Shown in pieces: positions 27,231 through 40,125 of a DNA stretch of 64,000 nucleotides (position 1 is the stretch's first letter; each line of letters opens with the position of its first letter). Origin of the DNA: Octopus vulgaris (taxonomy: Eukaryota). The stretch is from assembly GCA_951406725.2 (NCBI GenBank), contig OX597814.1, positions 179,180,001 through 179,244,000 on the forward strand. The letters are read 5' to 3'. The notes under the pieces were generated by a model that was not told where the DNA came from, made no database searches, and was given only the letters and a program-made list of their open reading frames with translations. Made by a program: the position numbers and the translations under genes.

Positions 27231-28199
27231 TTTCCTGAGAGAAAACATCATTCTTGGTTAATAACATTGTTATCGTTTCTACCTCCGAGAAAATACGATT
27301 TTCCATCTTAAAAAATTCTGTCTCTGTATCTCTCCCGGTTTCCAGCTGTTTCACTCTCTCTCTCCCCCTTGCCCTCTCACACTCCCTCTCTTTCTCTATC
27401 TCTCTCCACCCCTCACTCCATCTTCTTCAGGTGAATGTAAGCCATCAAGCATCAGGTTCCAGTTTTTCTCAAGATGTGCGAACTTATCCAAACTCACGAT
27501 CATCACAGTTATCAATCAATACAGTTATTGTTCATATATTTAAAGTATAGGACATTAAAAATACTATTTTTAGTAAAACAATGTATGAGGCAAACTATAT
27601 TAATTGATGATTAATGTTATTTATATCCGCCCTCTAGTTTCCGGAATCAATTCCTGTCGTGTTCTTTTATATCCTGATTGTCTGTGTGGTGATGGGACCA
27701 TGAGCTAAGTAAATATAGAATATCATACTACACTATAAGAATTCACAATGATAGATATTATAATATAAAATAGGATATTGCGTAGAGCGAATCGTTCGAG
27801 CTACAGAGAAAACTACATGCGATATTTGTTCCGAATTTTACTCAGAGTTCACACTGCTACTGTACGATTATTCCCTTTAATCCTACTGAAGGATATAAAA
27901 TAAAGCTCCAGTCACGTTTTAGGCTCAATTTAATCGATAAATTCCGCTCTGATCAACAAAGTCCTTGCCTTAGTACCTTGGTTATAAATGACACTGTGGA
28001 AGAAAATCTTTATTTTTCTTTGGTTAGTAAGGCGTAGAAGTGGCTGTGTGATAAGTAGCTTGATTACTAACCACATGGTTCCGAGTTCAGTCCGAATGCG
28101 TCGCACCTTGGGCAAGTGTCTTCTACTATAGCCTCGGGCCGACTAAAGCCTTGTGAGTGGATTTGGTAGACGGACACTGAAAGAAGCCCGTCGTATATA

Positions 28200-28237
<38 letters not shown>

Positions 28238-28389
28238 AATTAAGGACTGAACACGAAAAAGTGGACAGTCAACATGCTAGATATAGACGTCAAATCGTCA
28301 TTCTCCACAAAAAGTCTATGTTCTCAGATCAAACTCAACACAAAACCAAAACAATAAACAAGTGAAAAATATACGAAATAAATATTTAC

Positions 28390-28455
28390 CCATGTACTAA
28401 ATTCAGTTTCGGCTGTTATTTTCCGCAAGGAAAAGTGCAGCCATCATCAGCATGG
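28390..28455 (-). ncRNA. Type I hammerhead ribozyme
   Basis: CCAUG-CUGAUGA-U-GGCUG..CAGCC-GAAA-CUGAAUUUA-GUA-CAUGG. Intact core, all three stems and a GUA cleavage triplet. Confidence 0.85.
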
Positions 28456-28727
28456 TCCCATATAAAATGTAATTTGCTGTACTAAATGCCAACACGATAC
28501 CGAAATATCGCGTGCATGGAGTACGGCCTATTACATTTGAAATATAAATTAACCGATAAATTAACTGCTGCTAACTATTAGCTGCAGGCTAGTTTTCTCG
28601 GGTCTCATCGCGCCAAAATTAGAGACATTTGAAATATATATTTCAAATGTAATAGGCCGTACTCCATGCACGCGATATTTCGGTATCGTGTTGGCATTTA
28701 GTACAGCAAACTACATTTTATATGGGA

Positions 28728-28793
28728 CCATGCTGATGATGGTTGCACTTTTCCTTGCGGAAAATAACAGCCGAAACTGAATTTAGTACATGG
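28728..28793 (+). ncRNA. Type I hammerhead ribozyme
   Basis: Stem I CCATG/CATGG, CTGATGA (28733-28739), stem II GGTTG/CAGCC extended by TTTTCC/GGAAAA, GAAA (28773-28776), self-complementary stem III ACTGAATTTAGT. Predicted cleavage after GUA at 28788. Confidence 0.85.
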
Positions 28794-29471
28794 GTAAATA
28801 TTTATTTCGTATATTTTTCACTTGTTTATTGTTTTGGTTTTGTGTTGAGTTTGATCTGAGAACATAGACTTTTTGTGGAGAATGACGATTTGACGTCTAT
28901 ATCTAGCATGTTGACTGTCCACTTTTTCGTGTTCAGTCCTTAATTGGTATATATAAATATTTTAATCTTCGGATTCTTTCTTTAATATGCTAGACCACTG
29001 GTTCTAATTGATAAATATCAATTTTTACCCTAAATTTAATGTTATATATATATATGTGTGTGTGTGTGTATGTGTGTGTGTGTGTATGTTTGTGTGTCTG
29101 TGTTTGTCCCCCTAACATCGCTTGACAATTGATGCAGGTGTGTTTACGTCCCCGTAACTTAGCGGTTCGGAGAAAAGAGACTGATAGAATAAGTACTAGG
29201 CTTACAAAGAATAAGTCCTGGGGGTCGATTTGCTTGACTAAAAGCGGTGCTCCAGTATGGCTGTAGTCAAATGACTGAAACAAGTAAAAGAGTAAAGGAG
29301 TAAGTATTATTTCCTATTTGTTTCTTTCTTGAAACCAAAGGATATGATTCTTTACTATTCCCTTAAAATTTTGCTTTTATGACCTGGACTTGAACGTTTT
29401 GAAACTGATCTATTTTCCATTATATTGCATACAGATACAACGTTGAGTTGCTGGAGCAGAATTCCTGTTAT

Positions 29472-29638
29472 AGAAAATATTCTGCTCAATACCACAGATC
29501 TGCTTTTCAGTTACTTGACCTTAACCACTTGAGCATATCCCTTAGTTGCTGACAATATGTGCATCCCTGATCATGATCAGGAGTAGTGGAGGAGTATCAT
29601 AGCCATGTGTTAAGAAGTAGTATTTGGGGTTTGAATAG
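29472..29638 (+). mobile_element. Interspersed repeat fragment, probably a LINE 3' UTR
   Basis: AGTAGTGGAGGAGTATCATAGCCATGTGTT..TTTGGGGTTTGAATA is shared with 40641-40981. Confidence 0.55.
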
Positions 29639-30125
29639 ATATTATAACAGAAGCAAAGTTAAAAGGAAATATTAGCCCTTTTTCATACTTTCTAAGGGTA
29701 AGCAAACTGGAAATAACAGTTACCACCCAAAGACAAAACATCGTATCACACAATGTAATTATTGTGGCATTAAAGTGGATAATAAATGAACAAACTCATA
29801 TTGTATTTTCATGAATGTACCTATATATTTTCGCAGAAATGAAGAAAAGAAATTAGCATAAGTTATGTTCTCCGGAAGAAATGGTTACTGAGCGTATGCG
29901 GTTTGCAACAGGCCACTCTTTACGATATTCTTCTGGATCAAACTTTCAGGTTTATTACAGGTGTAGAATTTGATATCCTTTGATAGAGTGACACAAAACA
30001 ATACCCTGCAAAGCACTTAATTACGTGCAATTAATCGAATGCTAATGTAACTAACAGAGTCAAAAGAATTAAATTACCTGCAGGTGATAATTTGTACACA
30101 GGTGAAACACATCTTATTAATGAAT

Positions 30126-30290
30126 GCTGCGAGTTGGCATAATCGTTAGCACACCAGGCTGAAATGCTCAGCGGCATGTCATCCGTCTTTCCGTTCTGAA
30201 TTCCAATCCCGTCGAGGTCGACTTTGCCTTTACTGTCGGCACCCCAGCATGACCACAGCCTTAGGGCTAAAACATACAAAAGAATGAATT
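30126..30290 (+). mobile_element. SINE family A head joined to a family-B-like tail (internally deleted or chimeric)
   Basis: Head up to GTCGACTTTGCCTTT, followed closely by GGCACCCCAGCATGACCACAG..CTAAAACA. Confidence 0.6.
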
Positions 30291-31762
30291 AACCGACGAC
30301 TAACCTCCGTACCCAAAATATTAGATTCTAGTTTTCACTTTTTCGAACAAAGGGCATATGCGATTATATTCAATCCAGTACTTTACAAGCGAATGCCTTT
30401 AACGATTACTGTAAGACGAAAGGTAAACTCGACATCGAAGATATTCGGAATCGTCTCATAAATTCTTCCAACAGAATACGACAAATTTCACCCAATGATT
30501 TTCCGATTTTGCCAGCAAAGAGATTTCCCGTTTCTAGCTGTTTAAAATATACAACGTTGAGTAGGCTAGCGTCAGACATGTACATACAAAAACTAAGTTG
30601 ATGCTTAAAGACATTAACAAGCACCACTACGCTCTTTGATAAACTGCCATGCAAGGAACAAGTGCAGAGATATATGCATAATCTTATAGACCATTTGCAT
30701 CTTTGTAGATAAACATCAGACGAACAACTGGCATTAATCTGATATATCAACGAGGTGGATAATATTACAACACAGATTGTAATGCTCATAGAAGGAAGAA
30801 AAAACCAGCAATGATAACATGAAATAGATAAAAGAATATAAAATGCATGGTTTGTATAGGAAAATATATAAATATATTGTAGATGGAGAGATCATTAATA
30901 CATACAGAAAAAGAAAAATGTGCATAAGTTTCATGACATACATGAATGCGCATATTCATAAATACATACACACATATCTTTACATGTGTGTTTGTGTGTG
31001 TGTGTATGTGTATATGTGTGTGTGTGTTATTCTAAACTATGTTTATATGTCTGTATAAGTAAACTCGTATATGGCTTGCCTGCTTGTATATGTTGAACAC
31101 AAGGATGTCTCTGTGATTAAGAATTTTGCGATGATATCATAAGCTTGCTGTTTTGATTATTAATTATAGTTCATGGACAGGCGAAATCAGCATAGTCTCT
31201 GAAAATGAATTTGAGATGAAACTTGTAGAGGAACCAAACGGATTAATTTCTATTACAAATCAACGATGCAAGTTTGTCAAGACTTGCTGTCGCGTTGACT
31301 TTAGCTGAGAGCTAGCTTATGGGTACATGTATCCTGGGTGACGCTCATCCGCTTCGCATCCTGATTCAATGCTTTTCGCTATCGACAGTTGTAGAACTGG
31401 ATGTGCTTTTCCTGTCAACTTACAAACGTTAGTATGCATCAAACGTCTGTATCAACCTGTACCGTCATATTCATATCGTCTCTATATATACATTCCATTA
31501 ACGTACACATATTTTTGTTTAAGTACGTGTACACGGGTGCATGTCTATATGTATAAGCACACATGTGTGTATATACATATACATACACATAGGTAAGGCT
31601 ATGTAAGTGCTATGGAAGGACCGTAGTTAAACTCTCGGTTCGATAATAATACGAGTGAGGAGTCTAATGCGGGTCTTCTATAGGCATGTATATGTTAAGT
31701 AAAATGAGACAACAAAAGCAAGGCTGTGTGGAATTTTCGGGAGATTTATAAAGAGAAAGTTA

Positions 31763-31810
31763 GTCGTATAGCTGCTTCTGGAATATTGGGGATATCCCTT
31801 CATCAGAGAC
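31763..31810 (-). ncRNA. Degenerate type I hammerhead motif in a Penelope pLTR-like fragment
   Basis: Minus strand GUCU-CUGAUGA-AGGGAUAU..AUAUUCCA-GAAG-CAGCU-AUA-CGAC. GAAA is changed to GAAG, so probably inactive. Confidence 0.55.
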
Positions 31811-31903
31811 AATGTGAGATGATGAAATAGAGGGAAATACTAGAGTTCAATATATGGTGTTCTTTTGGAAAAGGATGGAAATAAGAAGTGTAAAGTAAAT
31901 CCG

Positions 31904-32050
31904 GAAAATAAAAATATATGTAGGATGATATTGTTGTAGTTCCATTATCCAAGGAAAGTGGTGTGTAGAAATTGTATAAATGTTTCTTGTCCACTTTCCT
32001 TGGATAATGGTACTACAATTATAACATCATACATATATGTTTATTTTTTC
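31904..32050. repeat. Inverted repeat, ~58-bp arms, 29-nt loop
   Basis: CCATTATCCAAGGAAAGTGG / CCACTTTCCTTGGATAATGG is perfect and extends imperfectly outward. Confidence 0.85.
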
Positions 32051-32060
32051 TTTATATATT

Positions 32061-32380
32061 GGCGTAAGAGTGGCTGAGTGGTAAGTAGTTTGCTTACAAA
32101 CCACATGGCTCCGGATTCAGTCCTGTATGTATGTATGCATGCATGCATACATGTATGTATGTATGTATGTATGTTTTTGTGTCTGTTTGTCCCCCCAAAA
32201 TCGCTTGACAACCGATGCTGTTGTGTTTACGTCCCCGTAACTTAGCGATTCGGCAAAGGATATCGAGAGAATAAGTATTAGGCTTACAGAAAATAAGTCC
32301 CGGGGTCGATTTGTTCGGTCGACTAAAGGCGGTGCTCCGGCATGGCCACAGTCAGATTACTGAAACAAGTAAAAAGAGTA
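32061..32380 (+). mobile_element. SINE family B, internally deleted
   Basis: Head, internal (TATG)n, and a 3' half matching 29090-29300. Confidence 0.85.
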
Positions 32381-33589
32381 TTGAAACTTAACGTCACTGG
32401 CAAAACGGCACACAATGCCTGCAAACAACTGCTACCTATTTCGAATAAGAGGTGGGTGATAATATCAGTAATCATGGATACTTTGGAACTGAAATGTTAT
32501 TAATGAAGAGACAATTTGTTTGTTTTTGTAGGGGGTCGGTGTTTTGCTGAGTTAATGCAAGTGCACACGTGTGGACACTTGTTTTTGCTTCAGTACTTAT
32601 CATAAGTAATGCAAATGTTCTACCTGTATTAAGTCGATCGGAATATTCTACTTTCAGGTTTTATGAAAGGCAATTTTTATATATACAAGAATTAAATTAT
32701 GACAAACACGAATATAGACAAAAGCTGCAAAGAACCGATGATCCAAAATATATGGCTGCGTACTGGTGAGCGAATACTATATTGAAGCTTTTACTCAATT
32801 ACTGTTTTTGTTACTGAAGAGGTGTGAAAGAATCTATAGCATTTTAATGTTACTCATACAAAACTACAGGGCTAAACTGTAGTGTTGTACTTCAGTGGGA
32901 TTTGTTTGGTCAGTAGAGGTTCTAGATTTATTATATCCTCTTCTCAAAAAATACGATTTCTGCAACGCAGAATTTCACTGCAGTTAAGTGCAGTATTAGG
33001 AGATGTTAAATATCATTTTGCAGATATACCTCCATCGACTGCAATGGTATGTTGAAACTAAAGCGATTGCAGCGCGGAAGACATAAGTTAGTCATTCATA
33101 TACGCACAAATACCATTAACTTCATTTATACATTTATTTCTAATATGGTGTCAAAATTTTCGTCGTACGAAACTGCATCCCGATCGCTGGCAAAATATTA
33201 TGCTGCATCCCCTATAATTAATATTGAATTATTACTATTAAATAGTATTCATAAATAATATTTCAGATGAGAACCAAAACATAAACGCTTCGATAACTCA
33301 AAAGCATATCAATAAAAAGAAGTGCAGTAATGTGCATCAAATCAAATTTGTAACCTGGCAATCTTTCCTGAATCAATCAAAGGCGTGATGTGTCATACAA
33401 GGGAGGGAGCAATTATTTATCAACCATTACTTAATGATTAAGCATTGCATTCCAGTTAAATCTTGTTGTCTCTAATTCTCTCAAGCTCTGTATTTATATA
33501 TTTCACAATATATATGCTATGGCATTTGTGTTTTCTATTGATACTGCAACATCCTCCTTACACCCTATCGTTGTTCTTGTTGTGGCGAT

Positions 33590-33950
33590 ACTGCATAGAC
33601 CTATTTAAGCATTTAACAATAAAACATCAAAGTCAGTTATAGATGTTTAGATAATACAGCATTAAAAATATACAAGCATGATGTACAAGGCAAAAACTGT
33701 TAACAATTGAAACAAGCATTCAATTTCACATGCACAGCCGAATGTCCTTTGTATAACAAATATCTTTTAAATGATCTGGTTTACACAGCGGTTGTTTTAG
33801 ATAACGAAACGAAAGGAAAATATATCATCCTAACCGAAAATCTTGGTAAAGCTTGATTTTCACTGTGCATTACATGTTTACACATATTGAGACTCGTAAC
33901 TGATTCTTGCTTTCCTATTCTATCTAGAATTTATGGGATCGTGGAACCAA
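33590..33950 (+). mobile_element. Penelope-like element, GIY-YIG region remnant
   Basis: Translation ..NIKVSYRCLDN....IYKHD..FTCTAECPLYNKYLLNDLVYTAVV..KYIILTE resembles the K.SYSC..N / CNC..CPL..CL...VY.A.V..YIG.TE pattern. Confidence 0.65.
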
Positions 33951-36225
33951 TGCTGCCGCAGGGAGCTGAAGTATTTTCGCAAAGGCATATTTAAATAATG
34001 ACAATGTTTAACGTTGCAAAACAATTCCAATATCCCCCCCCCCAACCAAATATTCCCCAAACTGGCGTTATTCCTGAACCTCCTGCAGAAGAATAAAGAG
34101 AACTTTCTCTTCTTTCACTTACCAAGCCATTCAAGCTCCGAGTATTCGCATTCTCAGAACTAATTTGCCAGCTATTTACTTAATTATTCATACCCTACGT
34201 CCTAGACTCCCCCACTAAATAATATTTTTATTCTCACTGCTCACGCTAGAGCAGCAAATGTGTAGTCTAATCATCTCAAAACATTCAGTAAATTCCAAAT
34301 GACAATACGCAATGCAACCATTTCTCTTCATTCATTCCAATTATAGTTTTCCACAATCCAGGCAACATGTACATTCCCTTACCGGTTACTCACAAGAGAA
34401 CTGTTTCTGTTGCTTTTATTGAAGACAAACAACCATCCTACTATATTGCGTTGCGTCTCTATATGATATTGCTAAACAAGGTATAAGCCGTCATGAAATC
34501 AATTACCACTTACAGAATAGGGAACACCAAAGATATACGAAAGTAAGTTTCGAATAATATCTAACTTTATTCAAAACAAAAATCATATCCACACACAATA
34601 GTAACATTTTTGTTGTGTTTTTTTTGTTAATAAGGCACTATAAGCAATTGAAAATATTTTAGAAGCCAAAAAGGAACAGTTTATTAATTTAGAATTATAA
34701 TTAAAATCTTAAAGAAACGTCACGACAATTGTAAAACAACATTACAAAAACTTCCAGCATTTCAAGAAATTAAATTATGTATGTAGTAAACTCACAAAAT
34801 ATAACAAAACAAGAAACACTAGCAGCGAAACAACCACACGAACAAGAAATTATACCCACACTAACAAATATAAATATTCTGCTAGTCACTTTTATCAGCC
34901 CTTGCCTGATGTCCGCTAGGGCAAAAAACTCGATACGCGCGACATATACTGTGTTTTAATAAACTATATACTTCACATCACATATTCTTTCGACACAATT
35001 CAATGATTATGTATTGATATGTATATGATTGTGTATGTCCTTGTGTACATGAATATGTGCTTATTTGCAAGTACGTGTGTTCAAGTATGTCTTGACTTTC
35101 GAACATAGGAATTCCTTAATGCATTATTCATATAAAATCATATTTCTAAATCTGAAAATGATGAAAAGCTTTGTAGCTTTTTAATAGATATTTTGCCCAA
35201 GGAAATAATATTATTCAAATATGCAACTTGCTTGCCTATCTATTTTAAATGTAGTAAATATTACCCAGAAATAAAGTAAGCAAGAACTAGATGACTTCCT
35301 ACAGTCTATATAGAGTTAAATTCGTTTTGTTTTTAGCCTGTTATTTCTTATATTTTTTTCTTCCAAATTCGTATTTACATAGCTGCTTAAAAAAGCAGAA
35401 AATAATTCTAGAAACTATTTTGAACAAAAGGATAATTTGAACGTGTTTTTGAGAACATGGAAAAACTATGTATGTATGTAGATCTTATTACATACTTTCT
35501 AAATGATTGTCATTATTTCAATATATAATGTTGAGAATCTAAATAACAGAAACTGAATTTTTCAAATAAAATTTAGTATTAGAAAATATACCATAAAAAT
35601 AAAGCATTCTATTTTTACAATTTATATTACATCCTATTTAAAACCATAGCACATATAAAATTTTTGCTCTATTTTACTAATTTGCAATGTAAAAATATAT
35701 AACAGGGAAAGTTTTTAATTTTTCGAAGACTTGCCAACAAGTATGTACAAATATATTTAATGAAGGAGTAAAGGAAAAAATGTTTTTCCCAAATAATACT
35801 GATATGTGTTAAAATACGATTGCATTATCGAATGTAACAATATTCAGCGAATGGAAATAATGGAAACTGCATGAAGCTGACTATCACGCATCCGAATAAT
35901 GCCCAAACGCTTTAGTGGCCTTCTTAATGAACGCTGTTTATGACGAAAATAAAAGGAATGATGAAAATTCTAAGTACAGAACATTGCTAATACCGCATAT
36001 TGTAGAGAGATTTTATTTTTATAATTAGAAAAAATAAGAATTATATGTAAAGACACTGCATTCAATTCGTCAAGCTCATCTTTAACATACAAAGAGCCAA
36101 TCAATAATTTCTAAAGCATGATATGTTATTTATTTCAATTTGGGTATCTTTCCTGCAGTAATGTGTTGTTTGCTGTCATTGAATAAGAATATGCGTGTGG
36201 ACGTATGAGTGTGGAGCTGCATATA

Positions 36226-36287
36226 TGTAACGGTCAGCATGGTTGCCTTCCAAGCAGTCGATCCGGGTTCGACTCCCGGCCGACGCA
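36226..36287 (+). pseudogene. 5'-truncated tRNA-Gly(TCC) pseudogene
   Basis: TGTAACGGTCAGCATGGTTGCCTTCCAAGCAGTCGATCCGGGTTCGACTCCCGGCCGACGCA. Anticodon TCC at 36249-36251, intact T arm and 3' acceptor strand. The first ~10 nt (5' acceptor strand) are absent. T5 run at 36307-36311. Confidence 0.85.
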
Positions 36288-36317
36288 ATCGCTTAAAGAA
36301 ATAGCATTTTTATTTAG

Positions 36318-36546
36318 GGCGGCGAGCTGGCAGAACCGTTAGCACGCCGGGCGAAATGCGTAGCCGTATTTCGTCTGCCGTTACGTTCTGAGTTAAAATT
36401 CCGCCGAGGTCGACTTTGCCTTTCATCCTTTCGGGGTCGATAAATCAAGTACCAGTTACGCACAGGAGTCGATATAATCGACTTAATTCGTTTGTCTGTC
36501 CTTGTTTGTCCCCTCTATGTTTAGCCCCTTGTGGGTAATAAAGAAA
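36318..36546 (+). mobile_element. SINE family A, full length
   Basis: Collinear with 661-893. Confidence 0.92.
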
Positions 36547-36999
36547 CATATATGTGTGTGTATGCATGTTTGTATACATGTATGTGTCATGAGTAATGAG
36601 CGTCTGTAGCTTTGAAGAGAAACCGCACCTAGACACTTGGCGTACAGTCCATGGGCTTTAATCTACATATACATGTACATAATAATGTATATTTTATGTG
36701 ACTTCTATATCCACACTATCTGCCGAAAGCCGACATGTGTAATGTACAATGTTGCATAACTTGCTTCTACCAGCGGTTATTGTTTTGTTAGGGGCCTGGT
36801 GAGTCATATCAGCATCAAAGTGAGGTATCTCGAAAGCCTGCAAGTTTTGCAAATCTTATAGAGACGGAGCACTAGTCGAGGAGTACGTTATGTGAAACCA
36901 CAATTTGAAGAACAATAGTGACATTGAAACTGGAGCTTTTGTTGAGAGTTTTATCTTCTCAGATGCTCAACACAGTCCGCATCATCTTCTTGGTACTGC

Positions 37000-39960
37000 T
37001 GAGCAAAAAGATAAGTAGAAAAACATCAGCATGTTAGTAATGGAAATTTTCTGTAATAAATGAACCAAATAAAAGAATATTCTAGAAAAGAATTCTAGTT
37101 TGTTAGATGGAACTTCATCGAAATATTTATACACTGTGAACAGCAGCTCCTACGTCATGAATTGTGTGAGAGATGGGGAATTCTTCCTTTCTCTTAGAAA
37201 TTGAACAAACACTGAGAAAAATCAAGCAAAAATTGGAAAAAATCCAATTGATGAAAGCCAGTTGCAGTACAATGAATCGGGTGACAAATATCATAGCTAA
37301 CCAGAATAATATAATCCCTGCATTTGAAGTAATAAAAAGCAGCGGGAACAGGCAAGAGAGAAATGACTTTGATGTGGACAACCTTGATGATGGTGAAGAA
37401 GTGAGTCTTGAAAAATGGAGGCAGGAAATGAAGGAATCAGCAGCTACACAGTCGGTTAATTTAGTAGCAGTGTATTGAACTAGGTTTCAGAAAGAACATC
37501 AAAATTGAAATGTGTGATTGCTTAACTGTGAAAACACTAGATGTACCGACACATTGACATTAGTGATTGCTTATTTCGTTGGATCAATGTTGAAAACTAA
37601 AAGTAAAAAAGAAGGCCAGCAGGTATCGTCGTATAAAAGGTGAATGTTAATGAAATATATGTATAAGCGAACAGGATCTATGAAAGCAGAGTAAATTAAA
37701 GAAGGAGAGAATCGGATTGGAAGGAAAGTGTTGCATAAGAGGAAAAAGGGATTGCAACAACAGTCGAAGAACTAAAGCAGAGTGCAAACGTAAAAGCTAC
37801 CAAAATTAAGAACTATGATGCCTCAAACAATGTAAGAATTATCGCCTTTTTCAATCAAACCAGAAACATATATTTGATGTACGAGATGGAAATGAGAGAA
37901 ATGGTAACGTCAGATTGAATACAGAATTCAAATTATTTGGTAGAAGTATATGGAAACGAGTGCCAAGTGCAATATCAAATCGCAGCAGTTAAAACAAAAG
38001 GAAAATTACATTAAAAATTCAGAAGCTAAGAAAGGGTTTACGTTTACGAAAGCAAATCATTCGAGAGTAATTTTAAGATGGCAGGAAAGTAGTAAAATAA
38101 AGGAACTAAACTTACGCAAAGGGATTTATTGCAAATGTTTATGAAACTAAATGAGTAAATATAAAAGGGAAATGAACCACCGTACAAAAGAAACGTTAGA
38201 ACGTGTCTAATTAATGCGGCCAAAAATTACCAATCAATTGCATGTCTAACAATTATGTGAACATTTCTAACTTACCTAACTTATATAATTGCAGAAACAG
38301 TATACTAATAACAGTATGAAAAATACATTATATGCAATGAGGAGAAAGGCTATGCATAGGAATGGGACAGCAATTATTGATCGATATTACTGCAAGGATT
38401 GGTAAATTTATGTACTGCGTATTTCGATTACAGAAAAGCATATGGCATAGTCACATACTCGTGGGTCAAGCAGGGATTAAAACTGCTCTAAACAGTGAAA
38501 TGATGATAGATGCCTGTTGGAAAATGCAATGCGATATTGGAGAACAGAGGTAATATTTTGTATGGAAATAGTGATAGATATCTAGATCAGAAGACGTAAC
38601 TTTTTAAGAGATGGCTTCTATTCTCTTTCGTTTGTAACCATACTGATTCAATTGTCGATTATACTAAAGGAAGCTAAGAAAGGATATTCGCAGACGAAGA
38701 ATAAAAGGACGAGGAATCATCTATTTTTGAATGATTTAAAGAAATATCACAAAACTAATATAGACTAGAATGCATACTGTAATCCGTCCAAATATTTAGA
38801 AATAATATTAAGAATCGAAAGATATGCTATGACGTAGAAGAAGAATGGAAGTATCATAAACATTAATGGAATATATTTATCTGATAAAGTGAATATAAAA
38901 ATCATACAAAATAGAAAAACAGCATATAAGTTGGGATACTAGGAAGTGATCAAATCAAAAGTATAGAAATGTATGAAATCTCCAACAAAGTCAATTTTTC
39001 AAAATTAAAAAAAAATCATGATTTAAATAAAATGCAGGCAATTTCATAAAAGCACTCAACTTGAGAGCAATATCGCTAATAAGGTATGGAGAAGCAATCA
39101 GATATTATTGAATGAAGGAAAGATGAGCTGGGAACTATTCGGGGGAAAACGAGGGGGATTTTATCAAGCATTAAAGCATCCATTCACAACCAGATGAAAG
39201 CAGTTATATTGGGAAAGAGGAAAGCGACGGCGGATTATGAGTTAATTAGTGTTGAAGAAATGATAGAACAATAGAAACAAGTCTAGAGTTTTATTGAGGA
39301 CAGGAATCCCCACCCTCATTAAGGAGGTAATACTTCAAAGCCTACTAACAGAATTTGTAGAGCCCCAAAATTGAAAGCATGAAAAAATGGGGGAAAGAAA
39401 GAAAACCTTTGCAGAAATGATGCTTTATGCAGGACTTTTCAAAAACTATAAAAGAAATTTGGTATGACAAGGTCATTTGGCTTTAATTAAACAGAAGAGT
39501 ATTGGAGTTATAAATAATATAAAGGTAACCAGATCTGATAGATCAGCGGGACTGTTCCTCCAAATAGGAGAATGTGCAATGATTCAGATAACAGTAGAAG
39601 TGAATTGAAATCTCGTCAGTTAGCTAAGGATGAATGCAAAAATGTAAGCATTACAAAACTGCTGCAATAATTCATGACATTTTATTCCCGCGATATTTGA
39701 TGTTATATGCACAGAAAAGAGTTAAGTAAAAGAATTGAACGAAAAGCAGACTGTCATACTGACTTGAAATAGGAAATCCACAATTGTTGGAACAAAGAAT
39801 CGACAGAATTATAATCCTGTTGATAATCACTGGAGCCTGTGATGAAGAATTTCAGAACAAATATTTGAAATTAGACGTTAATCTAAGAGTACGTGCAGTG
39901 CTGAAAAAAAGGGTAATTTTTCACGTCCTTGATCATAAGTTATTGATCGATGTGGAATAT
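37000..39960 (+). mobile_element. Old, heavily decayed R4/Dong-like (RLE-type) LINE
   Basis: Remnant motifs NYRLFQSNQK (~37835), QQLLID..DYRKAY.IV..SW (~38370-38465) and NHLF..DLK.Y (~38715). Ends at a (CAA)n(TAA)n tract. The 5' boundary is uncertain. Confidence 0.6.
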
Positions 39961-39996
39961 TATTAAACCTGTTACAAAACCAAAACCATATAATAG

Positions 39997-40029
39997 AATA
40001 ACAACAACAACAACAACAACAGCAGCAGC

Positions 40030-40118
<89 letters not shown>

Positions 40119-40125
40119 TAATAAC
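39997..40125. repeat. Compound microsatellite (CAA)n(CAG)n(CAA)n(TAA)n
   Basis: Directly visible. Confidence 0.95.

Larger units (their letters stand above)
28228..28955. repeat. Long near-perfect inverted repeat (319-bp arms, 90-bp spacer); probable inverted Penelope pseudo-LTR pair
   Basis: 28228-28546 is the reverse complement of 28637-28955, with two mismatches seen by eye. Each arm carries a hammerhead motif. Confidence 0.92.
28031..29300 (+). mobile_element. tRNA-derived SINE family B, split by insertions in its internal (TA)n/(TG)n tract (5' half 28031-28197, 3' half ~29055-29300)
   Basis: Head GGCGTAGAAGTGGCTGTGTGATAAG..GTTCAGTCC and tail GGTGCTCCAGTATGGC..CTGAAACAAGTAAAAGAG, both shared with the 32061 and 52227 copies. 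Confidence 0.85.
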
